Assembly (NCBI GenBank): GCA_049322915.1
Contig: JBMOPW010000026.1
Coordinates: 1 to 64,000 of the forward strand
DNA length: 64,000 nt
Reading direction: 5' to 3'
DNA from: Candidatus Zhuqueibacterota bacterium
GTDB taxonomy: Bacteria; Zhuqueibacterota; Zhuqueibacteria; Thermofontimicrobiales; Thermofontimicrobiaceae
Position numbers and translations under genes: made by a program
Shown here: positions 1 to 10,183 of the stretch, in pieces
How positions within the stretch are numbered: position 1 is the stretch's first letter
How the letters are laid out: each line of letters begins with the position of its first letter
Notes under the pieces: model-generated
What the model saw: only the letters and a program-made list of their open reading frames with translations
The model's database searches: none
What the model was told of the DNA's origin: nothing

Positions 1-160
1 ATTTTTTAAGGAGACAATACTGGGAATCATGGTGTTGATTCAAAGGGGAGTTGAACTAACACCACAATTCATTGTGGTGTTATAATCATCTCAAAAGAAC
101 TCCTGAAACCGCTTCAGCGGTTTTTGTTTATTCACCCTGTGATCGGTTACAATAAGAAAT

Positions 161-225
161 TGACATCTTCATGTAACTTCGTGACTTGGAGTCTTTGCGG
201 CAAGACGACATGCCTGGATGGTAAC
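161..225. repeat. Right end of MITE/REP-like element, family B
   Basis: 65-nt ungapped match to 42289-42353 (tgacatcttc...agacgacatgcctg..); ends in a CTGAATAGTTAC-like terminus 5 nt before the ATG at 231. Confidence 0.7.
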
Positions 226-230
226 ATTTT

Positions 231-3200
231 ATGAAATATAACTGGCTGACATTTCTGTTCGGTTTCTGGATTTCGGCGGCGAGCTTCGGACAATCCCAAA
301 CATACAGTCTGTTTGACAAGATGATCAGGGTGACGCTCGAACCTTCGGCGGCTGCGTACGCGCTGCCGGACAGTTTCATCGTTGGAAATTCAGAGCGCGT
401 GGTATTGGCCGACACGGTGTTGCTTCGCGGTCGCGATTACGACATGGACTACACCCGTGGGAGAGTCATTTTCAGAAAGAAGCGATCGGCCGCCGCAACG
501 CTGGAGATGTACTATCAGGCCCTTCCGCTGGAGATCAAACTGCGCTATTCCCGGCGACAGCCGGCGCGCTATCGGCCTGAACAGGCCGGCCGGGATAATG
601 TCGCACCAGCGCCAATCCGAGCTGCTGACGCAGCGAAGTCGGCTTCGACGCTGAAGCAAAACGGGAGCATTGTCCGGGGCGTCAGTCTCGGCACGAATCA
701 GGGTCTTAAACTGGATTCCGGACTGCGCATGCAGATCTCCGGCAAAATCGCTGACAGAGTCGAAATTGTGGCCGCGCTGACCGATCAGACAACGCCCATT
801 CAGCCTGAAGGCAATACGCAGACGCTGCAGGAAATTGACAAAGTCTTCATCGAGTTGAAAAGCGATCGATTTCAGGCGACGCTGGGCGACTATTACCTGG
901 GGCTTGAGGGCACCGAGTTCAGTCCTTATCACCGAAAACTGCAGGGCGCCATGGGTTCGACGCGGTTGGGCCATTCGGGGATGATGCTCTACGGCGCGGT
1001 ATCGAAAGGAAAATTCATCAGCTATCAATTCACCGGACAGGAAGGCAACCAGGGACCCTACCAGTTGAAAGGCGACCGCGGCCAGATCGATATCATTGTC
1101 CTGGCCGGGACTGAAAAGGTCTGGATCGACGGCCAATTGATGACGCGCGGCGAAACGAACGATTACATCATCGAATACAGCAATGGCCAGATTACTTTCA
1201 CGCGGCGCCGGCTGATTACGGCCGATTCGAGGATCACCGTCGATTTTCAATTCTCGGATCAAAAATTTCAACGAAGCCTCTACGGCATGGATGTGAATTC
1301 CCGCGCGTTCGACGATAAAATCGATATCGGCGTTCGGGTGTTGCGCGAGGCGGATAACGAGGACAATCCTCTGGACTATATTCTCAATACCGCGAATCGC
1401 AGTCAGTTGGAAGCGGCTGGCGACTCAGCGGACTCGATGTTCGTTTCCGGGGTCAATTACCTGGGTCCTGGCAAGGGAAGCTATGTGGCTGTGGACTCCG
1501 CGTCGATTCGCTTTTATCGCTATGTTGGCCCGAATCTGGGTGATTACAACATTGCATTCACCTACCTCGGTCCCGGCCGGGGTGACTATAAATCCGTTGG
1601 ATACAGCAATTATCGATACGTCGGCGAGGACAAGGGTAGCTACAAGCCGGTCATTTACCTCACGCCGGCGCAGAGTCACGATCTGGTTGATGTTTCATTC
1701 AATTACAGGCCGAAGAAAAATATCCTGTTCGCGTCGGAACTGGCCATGAGCCGGCTGGATAAAAATGTCTATTCGGCGCGCGACGATCAGGACAATGCCG
1801 GTCTGGCCATGGTGACCCAATTTGGCGTCACGGATCAGCCCCTCCGAATCGCCCGGAAAGGTTTGGGCAGCGTGAGCCTGAAAGGAAGCTATCGCAAGGT
1901 GCAGCGGCAATTCAATTACATCGACCGATCCGAAGAAGTGGAGAAAAGCCGGAAATGGGATTATACCCAAACCGCCGGGCAGAGCGAGGAAATTGTGGAA
2001 TTGGACGGCGGTTATTCGCCGCTGAAACAGGCGACGCTTCAGGCCAGTCTCGGGCAAAACCAGCGCGGCGATGATTTTCGCTCCCGGCGCTGGGAGTTAC
2101 GCCCTGAACTGCGGTTCGAAAAGTTCCCCCGGGTGCGGTATCACATCGAGTCCATTAATAGCCGCGATACAGCCTCGGGACGAAGCGGGGACTGGATCCG
2201 GCAGCAGGGGAGCAGCGAGTATCACCTGTGGAAATTGCGGCCGGCCTTCGATTATCTGGCAGAGACCAAGAAGGAGACGTACCAGGACACCCTGAAACTC
2301 GGCTTTCGCTACTACCAGCTTGCGCCGTCGCTGAAACTGACGGACTGGAACAAGATGTCTTTTTCAGTCAGCGTGATTCAGCGACGCCAGGATAAATATG
2401 TTGCCGGCCATTTTCAAAGAGAATCTGATGCTCTCACCCAAGCGGCCGGGTGGCAGTTGAACGAGTGGAAGAATCTTTCGTTCGCCTTCGAATACACGCA
2501 TCGCGAGAGAACCTACACGGATTCCATCGGGGCTAAAAAGACGGATCTGGCGGACTTCAAAGCGGATTATTCACCTTTGAAACGCGCTATTCATAGTAAC
2601 TGGCATTACCAGCTTTCCAACACCCAGGTGGCGCGCCAGGAACGCGTGTACTTGAAAGTCGAGCGCGGCGCCGGCAACTACAGATATGATGAGGATTTGA
2701 ACGAATACATCCCGGATGCGTTGACCGGCGATTATATTTTGCAGACACGAACCACGGATGATTTTGTGCCGGTGGTCGAACTGCGGGCGAGCTGTCGGGT
2801 GACTCTGGAGCCGGAGCGATTGATGGCAAAATCTTCAAAAGCAGTTGGCGCAGCGGGTTGGAAGCAGTGGTTCTCGGCATTGTCCGGAGAGACATTTGTC
2901 CAATTGGAGGAAAAGACCCGGGAATCCGATGTCTGGGCGATCTATCGATTGGACCAGGCCCGGTTCCAGCAGGAGGCAGCGACTCTTTATGGCGTGAAAA
3001 ATTTCCGGCAGGATGTCTATTGGAATAGAAATCACAAGAATTTTTCGCTGCGATTTCGGTTCAATCGGAAAGCTGATTTGAACAATCAGTACCTGGAAGG
3101 CAGTCAGCAATCGACGCTGGAAGAGAGTTCGCTCCGTATGAAGGGGCAGCTTTCGCCGCGACTGAGCACGCAATTGGATTTCGGCAATCGGGTTGAAACA

Positions 3201-3638
3201 AAAACCTATGACATTCCGGGCCGAAGCGACAAGGACATCATCTCGCAGGAGGTGATTGGCGACTTCTCGTTTCGCCCGAAACAGAGCGTTGAGTTGGCGT
3301 TGAAGGTGCAATGGACGCGGGCTGAAAATCGGGTCGCCGACCTGATCGATGTCAATCTGCTGGCATTGTCGCCGCGCGTGAATTATGCCTTCCGCGGCAA
3401 AGGTCGGCTGCGGATAGAAGTGGAGTTCAATCGCGTGAATGTGCAGCCTGAAGATGCCATTGTCCCATACGAAATGGTTTCCGGCTATCGGCATGGCGCG
3501 AACCTGCGCTGGTTGACGTCGTTTGATTACAATGTCTCCAGGTACATTCGCGCGTCGCTCAGTTGGAATGGGCGTTACGAAGAGTATCTGGCCGAGCCTG
3601 TCTATACAGTGCGGGCTGAAATGCGGGCGTATTTCTAA
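231..3638 (+). CDS. Large outer-membrane beta-barrel protein, conserved FCB hypothetical with SprA-like motifs
   Basis: 1135 aa; Sec signal peptide; alternating amphipathic strands; C-terminal beta-signal AEMRAYF; motif (S/T)ExVx(L/I)xxxxxxRG..DY.(M/I)(D/E)YxxGxxxF occurs twice. Confidence 0.75.
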   Translation: MKYNWLTFLFGFWISAASFGQSQTYSLFDKMIRVTLEPSAAAYALPDSFIVGNSERVVLADTVLLRGRDYDMDYTRGRVIFRKKRSAAATLEMYYQALPLEIKLRYSRRQPARYRPEQAGRDNVAPAPIRAADAAKSASTLKQNGSIVRGVSLGTNQGLKLDSGLRMQISGKIADRVEIVAALTDQTTPIQPEGNTQTLQEIDKVFIELKSDRFQATLGDYYLGLEGTEFSPYHRKLQGAMGSTRLGHSGMMLYGAVSKGKFISYQFTGQEGNQGPYQLKGDRGQIDIIVLAGTEKVWIDGQLMTRGETNDYIIEYSNGQITFTRRRLITADSRITVDFQFSDQKFQRSLYGMDVNSRAFDDKIDIGVRVLREADNEDNPLDYILNTANRSQLEAAGDSADSMFVSGVNYLGPGKGSYVAVDSASIRFYRYVGPNLGDYNIAFTYLGPGRGDYKSVGYSNYRYVGEDKGSYKPVIYLTPAQSHDLVDVSFNYRPKKNILFASELAMSRLDKNVYSARDDQDNAGLAMVTQFGVTDQPLRIARKGLGSVSLKGSYRKVQRQFNYIDRSEEVEKSRKWDYTQTAGQSEEIVELDGGYSPLKQATLQASLGQNQRGDDFRSRRWELRPELRFEKFPRVRYHIESINSRDTASGRSGDWIRQQGSSEYHLWKLRPAFDYLAETKKETYQDTLKLGFRYYQLAPSLKLTDWNKMSFSVSVIQRRQDKYVAGHFQRESDALTQAAGWQLNEWKNLSFAFEYTHRERTYTDSIGAKKTDLADFKADYSPLKRAIHSNWHYQLSNTQVARQERVYLKVERGAGNYRYDEDLNEYIPDALTGDYILQTRTTDDFVPVVELRASCRVTLEPERLMAKSSKAVGAAGWKQWFSALSGETFVQLEEKTRESDVWAIYRLDQARFQQEAATLYGVKNFRQDVYWNRNHKNFSLRFRFNRKADLNNQYLEGSQQSTLEESSLRMKGQLSPRLSTQLDFGNRVETKTYDIPGRSDKDIISQEVIGDFSFRPKQSVELALKVQWTRAENRVADLIDVNLLALSPRVNYAFRGKGRLRIEVEFNRVNVQPEDAIVPYEMVSGYRHGANLRWLTSFDYNVSRYIRASLSWNGRYEEYLAEPVYTVRAEMRAYF

Positions 3639-3690
3639 TGAATCATTTTCGAATAATGTGACGGCGCAGGGCGCCGGCTTTCTCAATTAT

Positions 3691-3828
3691 TTATATGATT
3701 GACCAGTCGAAACCATGTACAATAAATTCGATAATTTTTTGTATCTGTAGTGGACGGTCGCGACCATCCACTCCGCGTATGTCGAATAAAAATATAGGCG
3801 ACAAAACTTTAACTGGTCATTCATATTA
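3691..3828. mobile_element. MITE-like element family A, copy 1 (138 bp) with internal GTAG-type REP palindrome
   Basis: Imperfect terminal inverted repeats ttatatgattgaccagtcgaa / tttaactggtcattcatatta; internal gtagtggacggtcgcgaccatccact; second copy at 33206-33342. Confidence 0.75.
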
Positions 3829-3899
3829 TTTATAAAAATAATTGCCGGGAAAATTTTCAGGAGAACCCTCGGCTGCGTCATGAAAAATTAACAGTACAC

Positions 3900-5654
3900 G
3901 TGATGATGCATTTCAGAATATACCTGTTAATCCTGCTGTTTTTGCCGGGTGCTTCGCTTCACGGACAGAGCGATTCCAGCCGGGTGCGCTTTGGATCAGT
4001 CGTCCTTTCCGGCTGTCAGCGCATTTCGCGGGCCGAGATTGCAGCGATGCTCCCGCCCGGAGATTATTCCCCGGCGCAGATGCAGCAGGCAATGGCAAAG
4101 GTGCTCGAGAATTACCGGCAGCGCGGGTTTTATAAAACGCGCCTGTCTGTCAGCCATGAAGCGGACCGACTGATCGCGGCTGTGCACGAAGGACCGCAGA
4201 TGATTCTCGGCGACATTGTGCTGGCCGGATTGGATTCGGTTGGCCATCAGTGGCTTTCGTCGCAATTGGACTTCCGTGGCCGGGCGTATGCCAGCGACGC
4301 CATGAATTCTAACATGGATCGGATGCTCCAGCTTCTGGAAAATAACGGCTATCCGTTCGCAACGATCACATTGGATAGCCTGGCCCTGTCGTCGGGAAAC
4401 GATTCGCTGCGCGAACGAGTCACCAGCTATGCCCGTGTGGATCGCGGTCCGCGCGTGACCATCGATTCCCTGATTATTCATGGGAACGAAATGACCCGCT
4501 CCAACGTGATTTTCCGGGAATCCCGCCTGAAGAAAGGGCAACTCTACGACCAGCGGCAGGTGTCCCGACTGCCAACCCGATTGAATAAAACCGGCTTCTT
4601 CAGCAGCGTGGAAGAGCCGCAACTCTATCTCGATGATTACGGCCGGGGCCAACTGTTCGTTCGCGTGAAGGAGGGTAATCCCAATCAACTGAACGCTGTG
4701 TTCGGGTACAATCCAAAAACAACTCCGAACTCCCGGGGATACATCACCGGATTGATCGACATTGCGTTCAGGAATCTGCTGGGCACCGGCAGGGTGATGG
4801 AAGCGTACTGGCGAAAAAAAGATCGGCGAAGTCAGGAGCTTCGGTTTCGGTACGTTGAGCCGTGGATTCGAGGCTGGCCGGTGCATGTCGGCGCCGGATT
4901 CCAGCAGGTCATTCAGGATACAACGTTCATTCGGCGCACCATGTCCCTGGATGTGGAGGCGCCTTACTCGGACGTATTGACGATTTTCTCCAATGTTGGC
5001 CGGGAGCAGATCTTGCCGGATTCCATGGGGCGCGTGCTGTACCAGTTGCCGGAGAGCCATTCCTGGCAGGCGAATATCGGCTTCAGCTACGATACACGCG
5101 ACGCCATTGGCAATCCCTCGCGCGGGGTTCTTTACAAAACAGTGTTCGAATACGCCCGGAAAAGCATTGTGGAGGATCCTGAAATGCCGCTTTCCCCGGG
5201 AGAAAAAACCAATTTCCGCCGGGACCGCTGGATGGTTGATCTGGAAATTTATGTGCCCACGCTGAAATATCAGACGATCCTGTTCGCACTGCACGGCCGG
5301 CATGTGAAATCGGCCGAACCGCTCATTCCGATTTCCGATCTGTTCCGGGTTGGCGGAGCGAATTCGCTTCGCGGATTTCGGGAGGATGAATTCTTTGGGG
5401 ACAAAATTGTCTGGCTCAATCTGGAATATCGCTATTTGCTGGCGGCGCGTTCCCGCGCGTTTGCCTTTTTCGATAGCGGTTATTTCAATCGAACCGACGC
5501 GAGCGAGACGATTATCAGGGATTACAAATTTGGATACGGTATGGGCGTGAGAATTGAAACGCGGCTGGGCATCATCGGAATCGACTACGGCCTGAGCCAG
5601 GGGCGCGGGCTCACGAGCGGCCTGGTGCACATTGGCCTCACGAACCAGTTCTGA
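3900..5654 (+). CDS. Omp85 (BamA/TamA) family outer-membrane protein with about 3 POTRA domains
   Basis: 584 aa; signal peptide; POTRA-like repeats (YRQRGFY, LENNGYPFA, IHGNEMTRSNVI); NLLGTGR barrel start; loop-6 LRGF motif; terminal Phe. Confidence 0.88.
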   Translation: MMMHFRIYLLILLFLPGASLHGQSDSSRVRFGSVVLSGCQRISRAEIAAMLPPGDYSPAQMQQAMAKVLENYRQRGFYKTRLSVSHEADRLIAAVHEGPQMILGDIVLAGLDSVGHQWLSSQLDFRGRAYASDAMNSNMDRMLQLLENNGYPFATITLDSLALSSGNDSLRERVTSYARVDRGPRVTIDSLIIHGNEMTRSNVIFRESRLKKGQLYDQRQVSRLPTRLNKTGFFSSVEEPQLYLDDYGRGQLFVRVKEGNPNQLNAVFGYNPKTTPNSRGYITGLIDIAFRNLLGTGRVMEAYWRKKDRRSQELRFRYVEPWIRGWPVHVGAGFQQVIQDTTFIRRTMSLDVEAPYSDVLTIFSNVGREQILPDSMGRVLYQLPESHSWQANIGFSYDTRDAIGNPSRGVLYKTVFEYARKSIVEDPEMPLSPGEKTNFRRDRWMVDLEIYVPTLKYQTILFALHGRHVKSAEPLIPISDLFRVGGANSLRGFREDEFFGDKIVWLNLEYRYLLAARSRAFAFFDSGYFNRTDASETIIRDYKFGYGMGVRIETRLGIIGIDYGLSQGRGLTSGLVHIGLTNQF

Positions 5655-5765
5655 TTTCAGGCGCGAATGGCGCAGCGCATCCGGATGCGAGCGATTCCCA
5701 AGTCAAGCCTGGTTCAGCCCCCCGGAATTGAGTGAATCGCGAAAATTTGCCGGACGGACTCCGGG

Positions 5766-8126
5766 TCATTTCCCTGGATTTTGCAGAAAGCTGGCCAGCT
5801 CTTTTTTGATCTCTGATAAGTTATTGTACCGATCGGCAACGGATTTTGCCACCATTTTCGAAACAATGTCGTCCAACTGTTTGGGCAATTCGTTGTTCAG
5901 CGACGAGACAGGCGCCGGCACGGTATTGCGGACTAATTTGAAGACGTCGTTCCGAGTTGCCGCGTCAAAGGGATTGTGTTCGGTGAGCAGTTCATAAAGG
6001 ATAACGCCCATCGAATAAATATCGGATTGCGCTGTTGCCGGCAGATTTTCCAATTTTTCCGGCGCAAAATAGGCGAGCGATTTGATGTGCGATTTGCTAT
6101 AGGATTCCGGCAGCACAAAGAAATGCTGAATTTGAAAATCAGTGATTTTTACGTCGCTGCCATTGGTGATAAAAATATTATTGGGTTCCAGCTTCCCGTG
6201 GTAAATATTTTTCTGGTGAATGGCTTCCAGCGTCTCCATGATATTGAGACAAATTCTCAGTGAGCGCTGCCAGTTAATTTTATTGTTGATGGCTTTGGGC
6301 GTCGACAGAACTGACCCTTCCACGTACTCTCTTGCTAGAAAATAAAAATCCTCCGCTTTTCCAACGTCGTAAATCATGGCAATGTTGGGATGATGAAGTT
6401 TGCCCAGCAATCGGGTTTCCGTCATGAACAGGTCTCCCGTAGAAATATTGCTGTCCGTGATGATAAAATCAGGGCGCAAAATTTTCAAAACGACCAGACG
6501 CTCCAGGCTTGTGTCCATGGCGCGGAAACTGGTGAATACGCCGTTGGGTTGCAGCTCTTTGAGAATTTTGAAACGCCCGATGCTTTTGACATCCCCGCGC
6601 TGAATTTTCGAAAGGTTGTCGTTCCAATGGACCTGGAATATCGGCGCCGGCTCGGGGGTCAGCGGATGGAATAGCCTGTTTTCCACGGGGATGATGGAGT
6701 ACGGATAGATTTTTTTCAGCAATTTCTCGACCGGCGCTGTGATGAAAAGCTGGTAATCGCCGGAGACCGACCCTTCTTTTGGTTCCAGCAGGAGTTTTTT
6801 CTCGAATTCAAACCCGGATAATAACATCTGCAATTCATGGAGCAGGGTCATTTCCTCTTCGGATTTTGAGGCCGACAATTTGTGAACAAGAATTTGAAAT
6901 TTGGTGGGCGCTTCGGCGTTGCCGTTTCGTCGCGTTGAAATTCCCTGGAGGAAATGGATCACGTTATCCACGGATTTTTTGATGTCGTGGGTGAAAATAA
7001 GGCTTCCATCCTTCATGGCAGCGCCCAAAAGGAAGTCGGACTGACGGTCGTAATCCCGGGTGAGCGCCTCACGCAACTGATTTTGATAGCTGGAGAAAGC
7101 CTGGCCCTCGCCGTGAACCATGACCACTGCTTTGGCCTTTTTCAGAATTTGGCGGACATGGCTCTTTTCGAACGCTGACGCCTCGCTCACCGGACCTTCG
7201 CTCCCATTCACATTAAGCCAGAGATTGAGTTTGCACCAGAGATCGGAATGAAATAGATCGCGGTTCGTGCCGGCGGCCTTGTTCTGAATATTCAATCCCC
7301 GTTCCCAAATATTGGAAAAAGAATCTTCGGCCAAAAATAATTCGAATTCCTCGATGGATTGAGAATCCTTTTTCTTATTCTTCTCGATGGCTTTTTGGGA
7401 CAGAATATTTTCAGTGAAAATATACAGGTACAAATCGAAAAGCCGTTGAAAAATTTCGAAATTGGAGAAGTACTGTCGGTAATGGGTCAGTTCAGTATTG
7501 GAAATCTGCGAGCCGCCAGTCTCGTGCAGCAACCGGTGCATGTAGTTGCTGATTAACCAGGGGTAATACTCCCTGTTTTGGGTGCGCTCGATGAGCAGTT
7601 GAAAGAAGTTCGAGACGGCATCGAAAGCGTCATTTTTCCATTCAAGTTTCACGTAGCGCGGCAGAATGCCGGCCAGCGCATCCTCGTACGGAATCAACTG
7701 CGTCAAGTACTCCCTCACCGCGGCGATATCGTTTTTTTGTATGTGGATATGGATCAGCCGGGTGAGGATCACACTGGAGTTCGGCGGATTGTGCTGCAAC
7801 GCGTTTTTGAAAACCTGACAGGCCAGCGCGTCCTCTTTGTTCATGTTCAAATAAATTTGGCTCAGCACCACATTCAGCACGGGATTGGCGGGCTCATATT
7901 TCAAAGCCGCTTCAAAGACATTCAACGCTTCCTGGTCGAATTGTTCTTTTAGAATATATGCCTTGCTTAATGTCAAAAAAATCTTTGCATTCAGTTCCCC
8001 CAACTGAATTAATTTTTTAAATTTGTCAATCGCATTATCGTAATCCCCTTTTTCCAGATAGGTCGTCCCTAACTGATACAGGAGGTCGATAACCCGTTGA
8101 TCATCATTTTGCTTTGGTTTTTCCAT
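5766..8126 (-). CDS. TPR protein with central degenerate nucleotide-cyclase-like region and C-terminal Ser/Thr pseudokinase domain
   Basis: 786 aa; N-terminal TPRs; kinase fold (VVLK, HPNIA, APE, SDIYSMG) but HRD replaced by HGK, DFG by DFQ, Gly loop degraded; no TM segment. Confidence 0.85.
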   Translation of the reverse strand: MEKPKQNDDQRVIDLLYQLGTTYLEKGDYDNAIDKFKKLIQLGELNAKIFLTLSKAYILKEQFDQEALNVFEAALKYEPANPVLNVVLSQIYLNMNKEDALACQVFKNALQHNPPNSSVILTRLIHIHIQKNDIAAVREYLTQLIPYEDALAGILPRYVKLEWKNDAFDAVSNFFQLLIERTQNREYYPWLISNYMHRLLHETGGSQISNTELTHYRQYFSNFEIFQRLFDLYLYIFTENILSQKAIEKNKKKDSQSIEEFELFLAEDSFSNIWERGLNIQNKAAGTNRDLFHSDLWCKLNLWLNVNGSEGPVSEASAFEKSHVRQILKKAKAVVMVHGEGQAFSSYQNQLREALTRDYDRQSDFLLGAAMKDGSLIFTHDIKKSVDNVIHFLQGISTRRNGNAEAPTKFQILVHKLSASKSEEEMTLLHELQMLLSGFEFEKKLLLEPKEGSVSGDYQLFITAPVEKLLKKIYPYSIIPVENRLFHPLTPEPAPIFQVHWNDNLSKIQRGDVKSIGRFKILKELQPNGVFTSFRAMDTSLERLVVLKILRPDFIITDSNISTGDLFMTETRLLGKLHHPNIAMIYDVGKAEDFYFLAREYVEGSVLSTPKAINNKINWQRSLRICLNIMETLEAIHQKNIYHGKLEPNNIFITNGSDVKITDFQIQHFFVLPESYSKSHIKSLAYFAPEKLENLPATAQSDIYSMGVILYELLTEHNPFDAATRNDVFKLVRNTVPAPVSSLNNELPKQLDDIVSKMVAKSVADRYNNLSEIKKELASFLQNPGK

Positions 8127-8146
8127 AGTGTCTGAACAGTCTTTTT

Positions 8147-9958
8147 CTAATGTCCCATTCTGTCTAATTCATCTTTGAGCGATCCACTCAAAAGGCTTTT
8201 CGGATTCTGTGTATGTTTCGATTTTTCCAGATAATATTTGGTGACAATGGGTTCCAGCCGAAATTTTAAATCATCATTGTAGAGAATGGCTTTTTCAAAA
8301 ACACTCACAGCAACCGAATCGATTCGGTTTTCGTTGATGTAAATATTGGCCAATGTGATGTAGAGCTTCACATTGTTTGGCTTTTTTGAAAGCAGATTTT
8401 CATAAATTTCGCGCGCTTTGTCGTATCGTTTTTGAAGCAGGAAGTATCTCGCCCGGGTGACCGGCGAGAAAAACAGGATGCCGGCTGCTGGCAGAATGAG
8501 GATGCCGGCAAGAAACGCCAGAAACATCATGGTTGACATTTGGGTATTGGATGGCGCTGACCCATCATTTTCGGTAACCTGGCCGCCCATATTCAAATGG
8601 CTTTTTGCCTGATTCAGGAGAAACTCGGTGTCCTTGTAATCCGGAATGATCAGGCGGATCTTTTCCATGACAATGGTCGCCTGAAGCCAATCGCGTTTCT
8701 GCATCAGCTCCAGCGCTTCCTGGTAGAAGTTCTGCACCAGTTGGGAATCGATGGCTGCGTTCATCCGCTGCGAGCGCTTTTTAAAGAATTGATCGATCTC
8801 CGGTGAGGGACGAATTTGCTGTTTGGTAGCATTCGATCCTTCGCCCGTGGAGTAATGAGCGAAGCTGTCGTCAACCAATTCGTTGCTCGATGTCTTCAGT
8901 TTGTTGATTTCATTCCGCAGCCGGGATATCTGCGCTGCAACGTCTTTGTAATTGGCGCTTTGGGCGTTCACCTGTTCGAACGTTGTCAGCGCGATCGTGT
9001 AATTCCCGTTTTTATATTGCTCCGTTCCTTTGATATACAAATTTTCCAACTGCTGGTCCGAGAGAAGTTGCGCGTATTGTTTCTCTTTGGCCTCGACTAT
9101 CAGTCGGTCGACTTCAGGGTAATCTGCCTGCCGCTTTTTAATGTTTTCAAAGTACTGTATGGCGCTTTTCAAATCACCTGTATTCATATAGGCCTTGGCC
9201 TGGTCGAACAGGATTTGTATTTCCGCCTTATCGGACAGACGGTTCTGTTCGATGGCCTGATTGATCTTGTCTAGTTGCGATTTGGCGGCCTGATGATTCG
9301 GATTCAATTCTATGACGCGCGAAAAGCGTTCCGCAGCATGCACCAGATCATTTTTCGCCGAGGCGTCCAGACCTTGCTGGTACAACTCGTAAATGGCCTT
9401 GTGATTTTGTGCAATCTGAATCCCTGTTTCAAATGTGGCGCGGTCCTCAGGGGATTCTCTCTTGCCCTGTTCGAAGAACGCAATGGCCTGGTCAAATTGA
9501 TTTTGCGCAATTTTTGTCTGGCCCAGTTCGTACAAAATCAGCGCCTGGAGTTTTTTCTCCTGAGTGATATTGAGCGCGGCCTGAAATGATTGCTCGGATT
9601 CCTCATAACGTCCCATGTTCCGGTATAACGAACCCAATCGTTTTAAAATCGTCCCTTTGAGCGAAGTCTTCAACTCCGAAGGATTGACCATAATTGCCTT
9701 CTTAAAAGCATCTTCAGCTTTTTGGTACTCCTTGAGGTTGATGTAAACAAGGGCAAGGTTGTAGAACGCCTCAATGAAGTTGGGCTTTTCCTGAATTGCT
9801 TTGAGATAATGCTCCACTTTCTTGTTGAGGTTCTGTTCGTCCACACCTTTGTTGAACCAGTAGTTCGCTCCCATGTCTTGTGAAAAAACAGGAGTCTGAT
9901 TGGCACTGACAAACCAACAGAACAACAGCGTCGAGAATAGCAGCAATGTCTTTTTCAT
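8147..9958 (-). CDS. Single-pass membrane TPR protein
   Basis: 603 aa; signal peptide; many TPR-like repeats; TM helix MMFLAFLAGILILPAAGILFF; short C-terminal TPR region. Confidence 0.85.
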   Translation of the reverse strand: MKKTLLLFSTLLFCWFVSANQTPVFSQDMGANYWFNKGVDEQNLNKKVEHYLKAIQEKPNFIEAFYNLALVYINLKEYQKAEDAFKKAIMVNPSELKTSLKGTILKRLGSLYRNMGRYEESEQSFQAALNITQEKKLQALILYELGQTKIAQNQFDQAIAFFEQGKRESPEDRATFETGIQIAQNHKAIYELYQQGLDASAKNDLVHAAERFSRVIELNPNHQAAKSQLDKINQAIEQNRLSDKAEIQILFDQAKAYMNTGDLKSAIQYFENIKKRQADYPEVDRLIVEAKEKQYAQLLSDQQLENLYIKGTEQYKNGNYTIALTTFEQVNAQSANYKDVAAQISRLRNEINKLKTSSNELVDDSFAHYSTGEGSNATKQQIRPSPEIDQFFKKRSQRMNAAIDSQLVQNFYQEALELMQKRDWLQATIVMEKIRLIIPDYKDTEFLLNQAKSHLNMGGQVTENDGSAPSNTQMSTMMFLAFLAGILILPAAGILFFSPVTRARYFLLQKRYDKAREIYENLLSKKPNNVKLYITLANIYINENRIDSVAVSVFEKAILYNDDLKFRLEPIVTKYYLEKSKHTQNPKSLLSGSLKDELDRMGH

Positions 9959-10183
9959 GCACGCCCCCTTTATCCCTTAGGTTAGCAATTAATGTGACCT
10001 CTATGTCGTTTATTCCTGGGCAGTATTTCCGCGATTCGATCAGGTCGCTGGAAAAAAGAATGATGTTGTTTTTCACAGTTGAATTGCCCACAGCAATGGG
10101 TATTCAAAAAAATAATACATTCTTCAAACGCAATATGCGTAATTTTAACGAATTGAAATCAATGAACGGGCAAATGCACCGGG

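Noticed and set aside
3996..5630. 544-aa minus-strand ORF and other long antisense ORFs (e.g. 390-1271, 44876-45967, 10970-11719)
   Set aside because: Shadows of well-supported genes on the opposite strand; no recognisable motifs
3900..5654. Calling this gene bamA
   Set aside because: Too short for a 5-POTRA BamA; left as Omp85 family without a symbol
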